A DNA stretch of 64,000 bases from Sphyrna mokarran (taxonomy: Eukaryota), in contig JAGIQG010000040.1 in NCBI GenBank assembly GCA_024679065.1, positions 4,092,001-4,156,000 on the forward strand. The letters run 5' to 3'. Shown in pieces: positions 11,536-25,299 of the stretch (position 1 is its first letter; the number at the start of each line of letters is the position of its first letter). The notes below the pieces were generated by a model. That model worked only from the letters and a program-made list of their open reading frames with translations. It was not told the origin of the DNA and searched no databases. Position numbers and translations under genes: made by a program.

Positions 11536-12447
11536 CACATTGGCAGTTCCAGTTAGTTCCCAGCAGGGAGTGCACACGCACGGCTAATTCAGATTCCGCA
11601 GTGAGGATGCCAAAGATTCATAAATTTACAACAAAACAAAATACAACACTCAAAAACAACAACCAATGTAGTACAATTTCGCAATTACATTAGTTAATGA
11701 TTTTAACTTGCATTTGCAATGGATACAACATTGACAAGCCGATCTGAGATTCTGTAACTCCCTTGTTTTGCTTTTCAATGCATTTCTCTGTCCATTTGTT
11801 CCTAACTGCTTTCCTGGTTTTTGGAAATTGTGCGCATTTCCCTTTCCCAGTCTTTAACGTAAACATTTTCTGTTACTTTGCACATTAATTCAGAAGCTCT
11901 CAAATACAGCTGCTCAGCTTCCCATCCACATTACTGATAAAGATTTTGCAAAGTATTGAATCATTTACGAATCCAGACACTCCTGGTGCGAGTCTGCTGG
12001 TCCGCAGTGTGGAATGAACATTCAGCTACTGCTCTTACAGAGAGGCAAAATTATAGAATTGCAATATGACATTATTATTGAGTTCAGTTCTCTTCAGATT
12101 AATTCTACCTGTGATTGCATTGCTTATGGTAGCCCTGCCCACAGGTTTACTGTGTTGTTCTCACTTTGACCCGTCTCACCTGTGTTGTTTTATTAGAGCT
12201 TTCATTGGAGATATTGATTTTTTTTTCTGCTTTCCCCTGCTTGGCATTCTTTGGATCAGCAGTCCAATGGGGAGGCAAGCTATATTCCCACTCTCAAAGA
12301 GGATTTCGCACACTGCAAAGTTACAAATTGAGAGAACATGGTGTGGAAATATCTCAGACCATTCATTATTCCATCACTTCTTATGAACTAGATGTCTGAG
12401 CTAAAAAAAATCCTCCTCCACCATAATGGGATAATGCCGGTATACTC

Positions 12448-12538
12448 GCCACTCACCCGAGAAAGGAGCAGTGCTCCGATAGCTCGTGATATCAAATAAA
12501 CCGTTTGGACTTTAACCTGGTGTTGTGAGACTTCTTAC
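12448..12538 (+). mobile_element. Penelope pLTR remnant
   Basis: 'ggagcagtgctccgatagc...ggactttaacctggtgttgtgagacttcttac' matches the ends of the other Penelope copies. Confidence 0.75.
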
Positions 12539-13617
12539 GGCATAATAATAACAATCATTTTGTCACATAATACATCAATCTGAAAATCCTGTGATTTCTT
12601 CAGTCGCGCTGGCAAATTAATTCGTTCAAAAACATTTATTTTATATAAACCAACACAAACTTACATTGATTTCGGTAAGAAAAATGAAAATATATCCCAT
12701 TTTCAATTGTTTAGCCCATTAATGATATATCATCTAAGTATGACCAACAATCCCTTTGGAGCTTAAGCTCCAAAGAGCTTGATACATTTGCTGCAACATA
12801 GAGTTAGCAGCGTTTATCTATTATAATTTTGGATGGAATTAACATTTGATAACCACATCGAATGTACACGTTAATCACAGCGGCAATCTCCAGGCAATAT
12901 CTCCCATGATGGATGGGGAGCAAAGATGACGTACAGTGTCTGATGACAAATGTGCCACACGAAGGGCTTGTTTGCTTGCTGTAAACCTCTATGACTGTAT
13001 GACTGAACCTCCCTGTGATTCACCAAGTTCAGCGCCTGCAGTAAGTGAAAGGCACCAGCAGGTGGTTATATTGTATTATTTTCGTCACAGAACAGTGAAA
13101 CATCCGGTTCAACTCCGTTCGAGTTTTCTTCATATAATCTTGACTGCAATCGTGCCATTCCAACACCACTACCTCAATGGAAATTAGGGAAGTGCAATCA
13201 ACATTTGATTCGGCATCGAAGACCACACTCGGTAAAATTAAACTTTAAATGGTTTATTTTGAGGATATTTGTGACATCGCCTCCCGCAGTGAGCCAGAGT
13301 GAGGCGGAATTGCGATTAGTTTTAGCCTGTGTGAACTGAACATTATTTGGATCGGTCAATTATCAAAATATTGTTCCAATAAATCGCGTGCCAAAGCAAA
13401 TTGTGTGTAGTACAAGACTGCATTAAGATAAAGATATAAAAAGCATATGTGCTTCAATTATGGTAAGCGAGTTTTGCATAATGGCCCAGACCAGTAGGGG
13501 GAGAAATTTCATTTCTCATTTTTGAAACTGCGGCCAAGGGATATTTTAACTTTGCATCAGAGAGCACGACCTAGATGCTGGTTTAGTATCTCATCCAGTG
13601 AAGCAGCATGTCAGATA

Positions 13618-14950
13618 GATTTGATTTGATTTATTATTGTCACGTTTATTAGTATGCAGTGAAAAATATTGTTTTTCGCATGCTATAAAGACAAAGCATA
13701 CCGTTCGTGGAGAAGGGAAGGAGAGAGTGCGGATTGTAGTGTCACAGCTAGACTGTAGAGAAATATCACCTTAATACAAGAAGGTCCATTTAAAAGTCTG
13801 TTGGCACAGGGAAGAAGCTACTCTTCAGTCGGTTGGTACTTGATCTCAGATATTTGTATCTTTTCCCCAATGGAAGAAGGTGGAGGAGTAAATGTCCGGG
13901 GTGTGAGGGATCCTTAATTATGCTGGCTGCTTTGGCAGGGCAGCAGAAAGTGTCGACAGAGACAATGGTCGGGAGGTTTGTTTGTGTGATGGATTGGGCT
14001 ACATTCACAACCTTTTGTCGTTTCTTGTGGTCCTGGGCAGAGCAGGACCTATACTAAGCTGTGCTACAACTAGAAAGAAGGCTTTCTTTGATGCATCTGT
14101 AAAACGTGGTGAGAGTCGTAGCTGACAGACCAAATTCCCTTCGTCTTCTGAAACCGTAAGGGCGTTGGTGGACTTTCTTAACTAGGAGAGAGGAGGGCAA
14201 TGGGCAGGACAGATTGTTGATGATCTGGACACTTAAAAACTTGAAGCTCTCGACCCTTTCTATATGTTTCCCGTTGGTGTAGGGACATGTTCTCCTCTAC
14301 TTCTTGACTTCTTGAAGTCAATGACAATCTCTTTCTTTTTCTTGACATTGAGCGAGATTATTGTCATCACATCAATTCACTGGAATCTCTATCTCTTTCC
14401 TGTGATCTGTCTCGATATTGTTGGCGAACTGGTGGTGTCGTCAAACAAAATCGAGTTGAAGGGGAATTTGGCCAAACAGTCAGGTGTATAATGAGTATAG
14501 TAGGGAGCTGAGAACAAAACCTTGTGTGGCACCGACCTTGAGGAGGTGTTGCTATCTATCCTTACTGATTGTGATCTGTGAGTTAGGAAGTTCAGCATCC
14601 AGTCACCAAACCCCAGGCCTATGAGTTTGTAGAATAATTTCGTAGAAATAATGGTGTTGAAGGCTGAGCTATAGTCAATAAAAAGGAGTCTGAAATAGAT
14701 GTCTTTGTTATCTAGGTGTTCGCAAGTTGAGTGCAGGGCCAGAGAGATGGCATCAGCTGTGGGCTTGTTGTTGCAGAAGGCGAACTGTAGTAGATACAGG
14801 CGGTCCTGGTGGTGGAATTAATTGGCGCCATGCTTAGACTTTCAAAGCACTTCATCATGATGGATATCAGAGCGATCGGACGATAGCCATTGAGGTACTG
14901 TGCTTTGCTTTTCTTTGGTATTGGGATGATGGTCATCCTCAGATAGGGAC
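13618..14950 (-). mobile_element. Rex/Babar-type LINE fragment
   Basis: IIPIPKKSKAQYLNGYRPIALISIMMKCFE; LNFLTHRSQSVRI; (CAAAT)n tail; related copies elsewhere in the window. Confidence 0.8.
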
Positions 14951-15238
14951 CTCGGATTGTTGTAAAGATTGAAAACGTGTGCGAATCCACCCATCAGCCC
15001 CCACCCCCAAAACACCATCTTCCCCACCCCATCATCCCCCTCCTCCCTTCTCCGTCATGAGAAGGGAGCCTGCAGCCCACAGATCCTGAGCCATGCAGGA
15101 TCTGAGTTCTCGTCCGGGTCGCCCCCACCCCCGCCCCCCGGGACAGAGGCTTTCCCTGGGTTGACCTTCGAGAAAGTTGCTCTGACGTCTGAAATGGTGA
15201 CCTCATGGTTCATTCGAAGCTTCCAGAGCGGAGGGAAC

Positions 15239-15275
15239 GCTCTGTAGTGTAATGATCACCACATTCACCTAACGA
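15239..15275 (+). tRNA. Possible 5' half of a tRNA-Val-derived pseudogene
   Basis: gtagtgtaatgatcaccacattcacctaac resembles vertebrate tRNA-Val GTAGTGTAGTGGTTATCACGTTCGCCTAAC; 3' half absent. Confidence 0.4.
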
Positions 15276-15829
15276 GAAATTCATTTCAAAAGCGGGTAGA
15301 AACATTTATATGCAGTGTTAACCTCAGAATGAAGAAAAGAGCAATAATCCACGTTTATTGTTACATACTAACTGAATACTGTATCTTACACTGTGTTACA
15401 TTTACCATTCCCCTTTACAATTCTGTACACACTCAAACCCTACAGAACTTTCTTCACTGACTCTCGTTTCCTGCTCTGACAGTTCAAAAAGGTTCCCTCC
15501 AACTTTCGGCTGATTGCTATTGATTTGTGTCAGATTATTAAAAGCTCTTGCGGCACGAATTCCGTTAACAACAGTCACTCGAAGGCACATTTCATTCTGT
15601 TTTAAATATGGAGTCCCAAACTGCACACAATATTCCAGATTTTCAACAAAACACTGAATAACTGTAGCAAGACCTCAAACACCTCAAACCTTAACTCGGT
15701 CCTCAAGGCTGGAAGAAAGAACATGCAACGGAAATGCAAGTGGTCACTCAAAGAATTTGACTTCCTTCATTCAATGTGGCAGCAACGGCAAGTGTGATAA
15801 CAATGTGTCGTTATTTGCCACCATTGATA

Positions 15830-17600
15830 CGATCCAAATAAATTTGGCAAATTGGTTTCAGAGTTGTCTGAGTTGGATGGAGCAGAGGGTAATGGTCCGG
15901 GGCTGTTTTCCAGATTGTAAGCCTATGTCCCGTGGATGCCGAAAGAATTAAGGCACTTGCATCATTGATCTAAATAAATGCTGTGTAGATGATACAAGTT
16001 TTGGCGAGGAGGTAGATAGGGTGGACGTGGCCTTGTGCCACAGGAGGACATAGACGGGTTGGTCGGATGGGCTGATCAATGGCCAATATAATCCGGATCA
16101 ATGTGAGGCGATGCCCTCGGGCAAGACAAACAAAACAAGGGAATACATAATGAAGGGCAAAAACCTGGGAAGATTCGAGGGATCTGGGTGTGCATGTATA
16201 ACAGTTCCCTGATTTAACAAGATAGGTGGATAAAGCGTTTAGTAAGGTTCAGATATACTTCGTCTTTAGCCGAAGCTAGAGTTTAAGAGATCAGGGAGGT
16301 AATGCTGGAACAATATAAAACGGTAGTTAGGTCACAGCTACTTTATAGTCTGCAGTTTTGGAATCCACTTGATAGGTGGGTTGTGATAACACTGGAAATG
16401 ATGGACAGGAGACTTACCTTAATGGATGTTGCCTTGGCTGGAGAGTTTTAGTTATAAAGTGTGATTGGATGGAGGGGTTTTTTTCCTTAGACCAGAGGAG
16501 ACTCGGGGTTTTTTTGGTGGGGGGGGAGGTAGTGGGCGGAGTGGACGTGAGATATGTAAAACTAAGGGCCACAACGGAAGTATACAGTAAGAAACTGTTC
16601 CACTCGATGGAGGGATCAATGACTGGAAGTTAAAGGTTTAAGGCAAGCAGTAGGAGATTTAGAAGGGATGTGACTTGCAGAATGTGCTGGAAGTCGAGAA
16701 CTTACTGCCTGAAAGGATAGTTGAGGCAGAGTCCTTTTAATATTTATAATATATTTAGATGTGTTTTTGCAATGTCCGGGACATACGAGGTTCTGGGTAA
16801 GTGCTGTAAGTGGAATTTGAATAGAGTTGATTGTTTGAATGATGTCGGTGCGATTGGCTGAAGGGCTGCTTTTGTGCACTAGCGCTCTATGACTATTACT
16901 CAGTACTTGTCCCTGTGAAACATGACAAAGGGACTTGGGAATCTTTGTTCAAGTTTCTTTTAAGGTTGACGTGCAAATTCTTTTAGTAGCTATGAAGGTA
17001 AATACAATGTTCGCATTCAAGTCGAGAGGGCTAGAATACAAGAGGAGTGATGTACTTCTGAGACTGTGTAAGGCTCTGGTCAGACCCCATTTGGAATATT
17101 GTGAGCAGTATTGGGCCCCATACCTAAGGAAGGATGTGTTCCGGAGGACCGTCACAAAAATGATCCTTAGGATGAGAGTTTGGAATGGTTGAGGATTCTT
17201 ATTCTGTACTCTTCAGAGTTTAGAAAGATGAGGGGAATATCTTATTGAAGCTTACAGGACATTGCGAGGCTTGGATAGGGTGGACCTGGAAAGGACGCTT
17301 CCACCAGTAGGAAAAACTAGAACCAGAGAGCAAAACATCAGACTAAATGAGCGGTCCATTAAAACAGAGGAGAAGCATTTATTCAGCCAGAGAATGGTGA
17401 ACTCTTTGCTACACAAGACTGTGGAGGCTAGGTCATTGAGAATATTGAAGACAGAGATAGATAGTTTCATGATTAGTAAGTGGGTCTGGAGTTATGAGGA
17501 AAAAGCAGGAGATAGTTGATGAGAAAAATATCAGCCATGATTCAATGGTGGAGCAGATTCGACGGGTCGAGTGATCTAATTCTGCTTCTATGTCTTATAG
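15830..17600 (+). mobile_element. Two adjacent decayed CR1-type LINE fragments (~15830-16895, ~16900-17600)
   Basis: ALVRPHLEYCEQYWAPYLRKD and MRGLDRVD motifs; two 3' tails. Confidence 0.8.
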
Positions 17601-17724
17601 TTTTATTATGGTCTTATTTCTGCTAACATCTCCCAACATTGCTTGGGGTGAAATTATTTCATGTAGATTCGAAGGGCAATATTTTCTGGCTTTTCACATT
17701 TCAGTGCTGGTGCATAACAGAAGA

Positions 17725-18155
17725 CCAGGGGTGAGACACCACCAATCAGGTAAAACAACGGAACTAAACCACCTGCGTGGGCAACAAGAACACGAAACTT
17801 GAGAAACTCGGTATCCCCATCAGCACCAACCAAGCCTCCGCCGGTACCACAGTAGAAAACAATACCGCTACAGGGAAGTGCATTGTCAACTTGTTGGACT
17901 ACACCATTCAACCAGATGAAATCAAAGTTTTCAGTCGAGAGTCCAATTTCTGCCCCACCACCAAAATAGAACTCATTGGCCTTGCAGCAGACATGGAGCG
18001 AATTGTCAGGTGAATGAGACTCCGGTAGTTCTTCAACAAACCTTATGCTGACAACAGCCAATCCAATGAGACAATCCCCAAATTAAATCAGCTGATGAAA
18101 GAGCAGCGCTTTGGAAGTTTCTGATTCCAAATAAAACTTTTGGTCTTTAAACCAG
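17725..18155 (+). mobile_element. Penelope-like element N-terminal ORF fragment fused to a pLTR
   Basis: IVNLLDYTIQPDEIKVFSRESNFCPT resembles the PLE N-terminal motif; CTGATGAA core at 18092. Confidence 0.7.
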
Positions 18156-18169
18156 ATAGAAATCAAGTA

Positions 18170-18470
18170 TTTGATTGGCTGATTCCATCGTTTAGCAACC
18201 CTGCCTCCGATTGGCTGAGGAGGTTAGTTGAGTAATTAGTCTCTAATTAGCTGAGGCAGTCGTTTAGCCATCTAGACCCTGATTGGCGCGGGCAGTCAAT
18301 TAGGGATCTACCTTCTGATTAGCTGAGGTTATCTTTTAGCAATCCTCTCTCTAATTGGCTGTGGCTGTTGTTAGGAATTTGGTCTTTGATTGATGAGATG
18401 CTCAGTTCTTCACTCAGTCTCTTATTGGCTGAGGAGATCAGTTAATCATCCCATGCTTCTTGGTTGTCGC
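18170..18470. repeat. Degenerate 36-bp tandem array (~9 units) with ATTGG/CCAAT cores
   Basis: Cores at 18173, 18209, 18245, 18281, 18317, 18353, 18388, 18423 and 18459. Confidence 0.85.
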
Positions 18471-21400
18471 TCAGTTTTGTTTCTTCATTAAATTAATAAT
18501 TGATGTAACTGGATATTTCACCACGATTCTGATCTGCTCCCTGAATTTGGATTGAGTCACCGCATAAATAAATGTGTTTGTGCAACAGTTTAAATCCCGC
18601 AATATAAATCCGACTGTTTGAAATGTATATTCAGGAATAGTGAGGTAAACTAATCCTCTCACATCTGCATAGAAAAATTTTACAACATAAACCGACCAGA
18701 GCAGAATGAAAGCTCCGGATATACTGAAGAGTAAAATCATTGACTTCCTTCTGCTTTCCATTTCTGGGTCCCTGCGATTATCTCCCTTCGTCTGAGCCCT
18801 CAGTCCTTTCCGCACTCGACTGGTGACTAAAATGTGACTGACTGTCAGAGCATTAATCAACAAGATTAAACTGAATGGGAGCAATGGGGTCAAAACCTGA
18901 TTAAACCAGTTAAAGCCAATCCACCCAGGATCAGTCCAAGCACTTGCCTTGGTAGCACAGCCCCACTTGGCGTTGTCGATTATCAATTGATGTTCAAATA
19001 CAAAGTAGTAGGGAATGTTTTTCAGAGAGAGCAGGACGCCGGTTGTTGCAAGGACCACAGCTGCAGTTTTTCCAGTGCAATATTTAGTTTTCATTTTCTG
19101 GCAGCGAATGGCCACAAATCGATCAAAAGAGAAAGTGACAGTGAACCAGACAGAACAATCTGCAGCTGCAGTCTCAAGGACGGCTTTAACCCGACATACA
19201 GACGTGAGGGACAGGAAATTCAGAGGGAAATAATAATTATTTATGTAGTTGAGAATGGGGTTTATGATGATGAACAGTAGATCCACCGTTGCCATGGCCA
19301 CCAGGTAGCGAGTGGTGCAGATGGAGAGCCCACACTTTCCCCGACTCAGGATCACAATTCCCAGTAAATTAACTGTGAGAAAAACAAGAAATAAGAACCT
19401 AAAAATTAATGAGTACATTTTCTCCATATCTGAACCAATAGTAAGTAGAAGATTTCAATATCAATCCAGTGGGCAAGTCTTCTTGATGTGGCGCTGTTGT
19501 TGGAGGAATTCAGTTAGAGGTTAGCATTGCAGATGGAAAGTAGCCAATGTAACACTGCAAGTTAAGCAGCCTGGTGGGTCAGAAAGCTGTGAATTACACA
19601 TCCCTCATTTTGATGGAGCAAATCTGCAAGTTCTGATCATATAAATATTGTTGAGGGCTTCGATTATTCAAATGTTATGTTTTACAGGATTAACTGGGAC
19701 TGGATGGGCTTCCTAATAAGAGCCGAAAGGCACAGAAATATGCCAGAGATCGGCAATGTAATGTGCCATCCCTTCCTACACCCAATTATAAAAGGCCGCA
19801 CCGGATTGAACATTTCTCTGGACTGGTCAGCTGGTGAAGTTTGATGTAACTTCAGGATTATTCGTCCCCTTTCCAAATCTCTTCCTAATTCTGTCTTTTT
19901 CTCCCAACTTTTCTGTTCCTAGTTTCCAGATTCTTTGTTCTGTTTGTCTCTCTTTCTATTCTTCTCTCCCTGTCTCTGCATCTTCCCCATTTCTTCCCTG
20001 ATCTGACTCTTGCTATCCTCTTCCTCTCCTTTTGCCATTTTCTTCCCCAATCTCCAGATTTCTTTCCCAATCAATCTCTTTCCAATCCTAACACTCATTC
20101 TAGCTTTCTCCCCTTATTTATCAATCTCTCCAAATATTTCTTCCCCACTCTCCCTACATTTATTCTATCTCTCTTCAACATCTCTCTTTCCTGCCATTTA
20201 ACACAGATTCATAGAAATTAGCATCAGGAGGAGACCATTTGGGCTTCCTGCTTTGTCATTTTATCACAATCATGGTTGATCGACAAACTCAATAGCCTAA
20301 TGCTACTTTCTCCCCATAACTTATGATCCCATTCACCCTGAGTGTATATCTACTCGCCTTTTTAATACACTCTATATTTTGACATCAACTTCCTGCAGTA
20401 ATGAATTTCACAACCTCACCATTCTTTGGACAAAGTAATGGCTCCTCATCCCTATCTTAAATGTTCTACCTTGTATCCTCAGGCTGTTATGTCTAGTTCT
20501 AGACACTCCTACCATCGGGAACATCTGTCCTCGCACTGTTAGAATTTTATGAGTCTGTATGAGATTCCCCCTTCATTCAGCTGAACCCCAGCGAAAACAA
20601 TCCTAATCTATCCAAATTCTTCTCATACACCAGTTCTGCCACCCGAGGAATCAGACTGGGAGCCTGCACTCCTTCGAGAGCAAGGACATCCTTCCTCCGA
20701 GAAGTAGACAAAAACTGCACACAATACTCGAGGTGTGGCCTCACCAGCTCCTGTATAATTGTAAGACATATTCCTGCTTCTGTACTCGAAATTTCTTGCC
20801 ATGAAGGCCCACATACAATTTACCTTCTATACTGTTTGCTACATCTGCATGCTTACATTCAGCGACTGGTACACATGGATACCTAAGATCCACGTAACAC
20901 TCCTCTCTCCCAATTTATAGCCATTCAAGTAGTGATCTGCCTTCTTGTTTTTGCTTCCAAAGTGAATAACCTCACATTTATCCAAGTTATGCTGCATCTG
21001 TGATTGATTGAAACACTCACCCAACCTGTCCAGATCATGCTGATGGATCGCTGCACCCTCATCACAGTTCTCTATCCCACCAAAGTTGATACCAACTGCA
21101 ATTTTTGAGACATTACATTTTCTTCATTCGTCAAATCATTAATAGATGTTTGAATAGCTAGTGCATCAGCACCGATCCCTGCAGCATAACAGTACTTACT
21201 CCAGCCAATTTGAAAAGGACAATTTAATTCCTACTCTTCGTTTCATCATTGTTAACTAGTTTTCTAACCATCTCAATACACCTCCCCTAATCCCACATGT
21301 TTTAATCATGCACAGTAATCTCTTATATGGGATTTTGGTGAACACTTTCTGAAAATCCAAATATACCACTTTGACTGGCTCCCCCTTGTCAACTCTATTC

Positions 21401-24302
21401 GCGATATTTTTAAAGATGTTTCTCCTCAACTCTCTCTGTTTCCAACATTTCTCTCGCTCTCGCGCGCTTTCTCTCCATTCCGGTTTATCTCCCCCTGCAT
21501 CTCTCCTTATCTCTCTCTCTCTCCCCTTCTCTCTCAAGTATTATTTATGTGACTTTTCAGCACAGCAGAATGCCAAGGGCAGCAATGTGATGATTTCCTG
21601 ACAGGACAATGGAGAGGCATTTCATTCCCCCAGCCTCACGACTGCTGTAATCCGAATCTAGCCACTGAACTCCATGTGTCTTCTGAGTTCAGACACATAT
21701 CCCCTCAGTGATGGAAATGCATAAACAGCCATGTTGAAAGTGGGAACATACTGTGTCACTTCCTTTGGTACTTTTTTTTAAAAAAAATAAGGCTTCCTAT
21801 GCTTATTAATGTATTGTTGCTGATGCTTTCGTAGAGACTGGGAACTGGAAATAACTTCAACCTGGAGACTCCAGGTACTGTGTCTTTTCACAGACCCTCA
21901 CAGCAATGTGATTTGTGATTATTGGCAAAGGTCGTCAGAAATATTGCATCGCTCCTTTGAACACACAGTGCATGAGAGACGGGGAAAGTTGCAGAGATAT
22001 GGATAGCCAGAAGTACGTCGAAGGAGGGAAGAATTAAAATTGGTGGGCGGGTTGGTGCGGAGATAAGGACATCCACTTTTACAATTAAAGAGAATGACAG
22101 TGGCAGAAGGAGAAAAAGGGAAGGATGTAGGTGAGACGGAGACAGGTGGAAGCCGAAGATCAAAACAGAGATAGTGATGGAAGAAGAGGATTTGAGAAAG
22201 AGAGACAAGATGTGAAGGTCTCCAGGGTATAGTCACTGGATGCAGCTCCTATCACATCCTCTCAGATAGTCTGTGAAGAAAAATCTTGGGAGGATATTTT
22301 AAAAAGTGCTAGGAAGGAACCTGCAGCCCCATACAAGCTAAAAGAGGAAGTTGAGTAGTTTCTGTATACTGAGAGCGGGGCAGGGGATGAGCAAGGTGGA
22401 GGAGGACTAACATTTTTATTCAGTTTTAGAAGATTTTGTTTGTAAATCTCTACCTTTTCTCTATTTCAGATTTCTGCCTGATTTGAAGAAATGAAAGAAA
22501 GGGGAGAGTAAGTGAAAATGAGGAGACCAAAGAGGGAGCGGTATAGAACGATGGAATCATTACAGCACAGGAGCCCTTTGACCAATTGTGTCTGCGTCTG
22601 CATGCGATAAACAGTTGAAATCACATCCAACCCCATCTCCCAGCACCTGACCCAAAACACTGAAGTGCCAATTGCTCATCTAAATGATTTTCAAAGTATA
22701 TGAAGCAACTGCCTTCTACCAGCCTCCCGTACGTGCATTCCAGACGTCACCACCTGCTGGGTTAAAAACGTTTTTCTTCACAATCCCCCTAAACATTCTT
22801 ATCTTCACCTTGAAACCTTGTAATCTGTGACTGACCATTCAGCTAAGGAAAACATCTGCTCCTTCTCTACTCTGCCCATCTCTTTCCTAATCTTGACCAA
22901 CATGATCAGATTGTACCTCAGCTGTTCTGCTCCAAGGAAAACAAAACAAGCTTATCCAACCACTTTTCGTAATTCGATGTCCAATAACAGGCAGCATCCT
23001 GGTGAATCTCCTCTGCATCCTTCCGAAAAAATAGCGACTAGAATTCCGCATGAGTCTCTAGTTGTGGCCTCGCTAATGTTCTATACAACTACAACATGAC
23101 TTCCCCTCTTTTGTAATCTGTCTCGAATGAAATTTGTGTCTTACTGCCCCACAAACATACCCTTCTGCTTTCAAAGATCTGTGGGCAACCATGTCAAGGT
23201 CCACAGTGCTTTCTCGTGTCCTACCATACATTGAATACTTCGTTATCAAATTACTCCTTCCTAACTGTATCATCTCACACTTTTCAGGGTGAAATAGCAT
23301 CTGCCATTTCTCTGCACGTTTGAGTATTCCATTTACATTTTTTTGCAGCCATTACGCGCTCAGTAATACATTATGCACTCTATTAGGCACCCTTCCATTG
23401 ATGGTATTATCAGCAAAATTACTTATCATAGCTCCGACACAGTCATCAATGTGTCAGTTGCATTAATTATGAATAATTAGGGCTCAACATATAACCCTGT
23501 TTTACGCCACTGGACACTGGCTTGCAGTTACTAAAACACGTTTTTATCATCACCCTCTGCCTCGGCAATTTTGAATCAATTTTATCAAATTACGCTGTAT
23601 TCTATGTGAATTAGCCTTCTTTACAGTCCCCCCATGTGGAAACTTGCCAACGCTTTTTTTTGTAAATCCATATAAACCTACCAGCTTTTTCTGACATCTT
23701 GCTGAACATACACTGTGGCCTCCAATGCAACACTGACCACACTTGAATGAATAATTAATTTATAAATTGTAAACACATGGGCATATGTCATAACTAGATG
23801 GATACTTAGATCAGATAGTCTACTCTATTGAATGAACCACAAACGATACAATTCGACATTGACAAATAGACCCTGTCATATTTATTCGCTGGTGTCAGAT
23901 GTTCCATTCTGGTTAGTGTTTCACATTCAAAGTTTAAATTTATTCTTATTCCTTTAAAATTCAGAGAAATCATCTTCAGTGAGATCAATCTCTCAATGTA
24001 CAAATTAAATACAATAATTTCATTGATCAGTGAGCCTGGGAGATGTATCTGATCATGACAATAATTAAAATCATAGAGATAATACAAGATGTTTGATTTA
24101 AATGAATTTCACCATTCACCTAGTGTATATATAACAGTGAACATGAGATCAAGAGGGATATTTTCAGTCAGAGTTGAAAATCAGAAAACTCTTCAAACAC
24201 ACATTGAAACGACTTGACTAATTATAATCACTTACCAGGAATGCCAATAATGGCAATGATTGGGTAGATTATTTTCGCAGCTTTCTCAACTGGATACAGC
24301 AT
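18471..24302 (-). CDS. GPR139-like class A GPCR, two exons (24302-24236; 19372-18471), 322 aa
   Basis: Exon 1 MLYPVEKAAKIIYPIIAIIGIP G|gtaag; acceptor cacag|; spliced length 969 nt in frame; seven hydrophobic segments, DRF, NCCTNTFIY; TATAAA ~90 bp upstream. Confidence 0.92.
19880..20200. repeat. CT-rich low-complexity tract (intronic)
   Basis: Polypyrimidine composition. Confidence 0.8.
20220..21410 (-). mobile_element. Decayed CR1-type LINE (intronic)
   Basis: VYLDFQKVF, KCEVIHFGSKN motifs. Confidence 0.8.
22545..23680 (-). mobile_element. Decayed CR1-type LINE (intronic)
   Basis: FHPEKCEMIQLGRSN; degenerate 3' tail. Confidence 0.7.
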
Positions 24303-25299
24303 TCTCGGTGTAAAGTGATGAGTCCCTTCGTGCTGCTTACAGTATCTGTGCCTTAAACTGTCAGGTTAGATATTCCCAAAACCTTTAATTTATACACTGT
24401 AGAATCACCTGAGGGACATTGGGGGAGAACAATGGTTTGAAGTGTTTTTTTTAACACATGAACAAACGGATTGCAACACTGGGTTCAGTGATGGAAAATA
24501 TTTATTTTTAAATCGACTGACTTCTTTCAAAACACTGGATTTTGCTGATCACATTTATCAACCAATAATAAGAGGAAAGACACTGTCCATTCCAAGGACA
24601 TGAATCATATCTCTAGATCTCAGTTTGTTACAGTGATATCTGGACTGTGACCATTCAGTAAGTTCCAACAGTTACCGTGTTTCTCTGTGTGGTGTTTAAC
24701 TGTCGATATTCAGTGTAGTGACTTAAATGAGCTATGGGTGACCATAAATTCCAAAATTAGGCTAATCAATAATCTGGAAATACTAACGTGCAAAGAGAAT
24801 TATTTTACCCCTAAATCAAATGCAGCAGTTCAAACTGAGGAAACATTTAGAATAATAGGATGCCACAAAACAGTCAGACACTGCAACAGATACAAACACA
24901 TCATCTCATACTAAGAAAACAGATTTAACTGTGATAAGAAATGCACTGACTCCGGCTAACACTTGCTCACATCTGATTCACAACCTTATACTGGGAAAGA
25001 ACCGGGTGAGGATTATGAATGGATAGGAGTGACAGGAGGGAACTCTGAGAAATGAACGCAAAAAAGGGGAATATTGAGAGAAATATATAGGGAGAGGAAC
25101 TGTGGGAAAAATTCTGGGGAGAGCAGATATTGTGAGAGGACTGGTGTTTATGTAAGTAACTTAAACTTGAGAAAATTCAGCTCCATCTTAAATGAATCGG
25201 TGCAGTGTTCACGTTAAATAACTGAGCTGCCATATCGTATCCTGTTCTGGAATACACAAATAGACATGAAGTGAAGACTTGGCCAGAGAAATGGAGGAG

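Noticed and set aside
18170-18470. CRISPR-like periodicity
   Set aside because: Eukaryotic context, degenerate units without unique spacers, no cas genes.
19373-19427. ORF-track start MEKMYSLIFRFLFLVFLT for the GPCR
   Set aside because: This is the intron polypyrimidine tract; the real first exon is 24302-24236.
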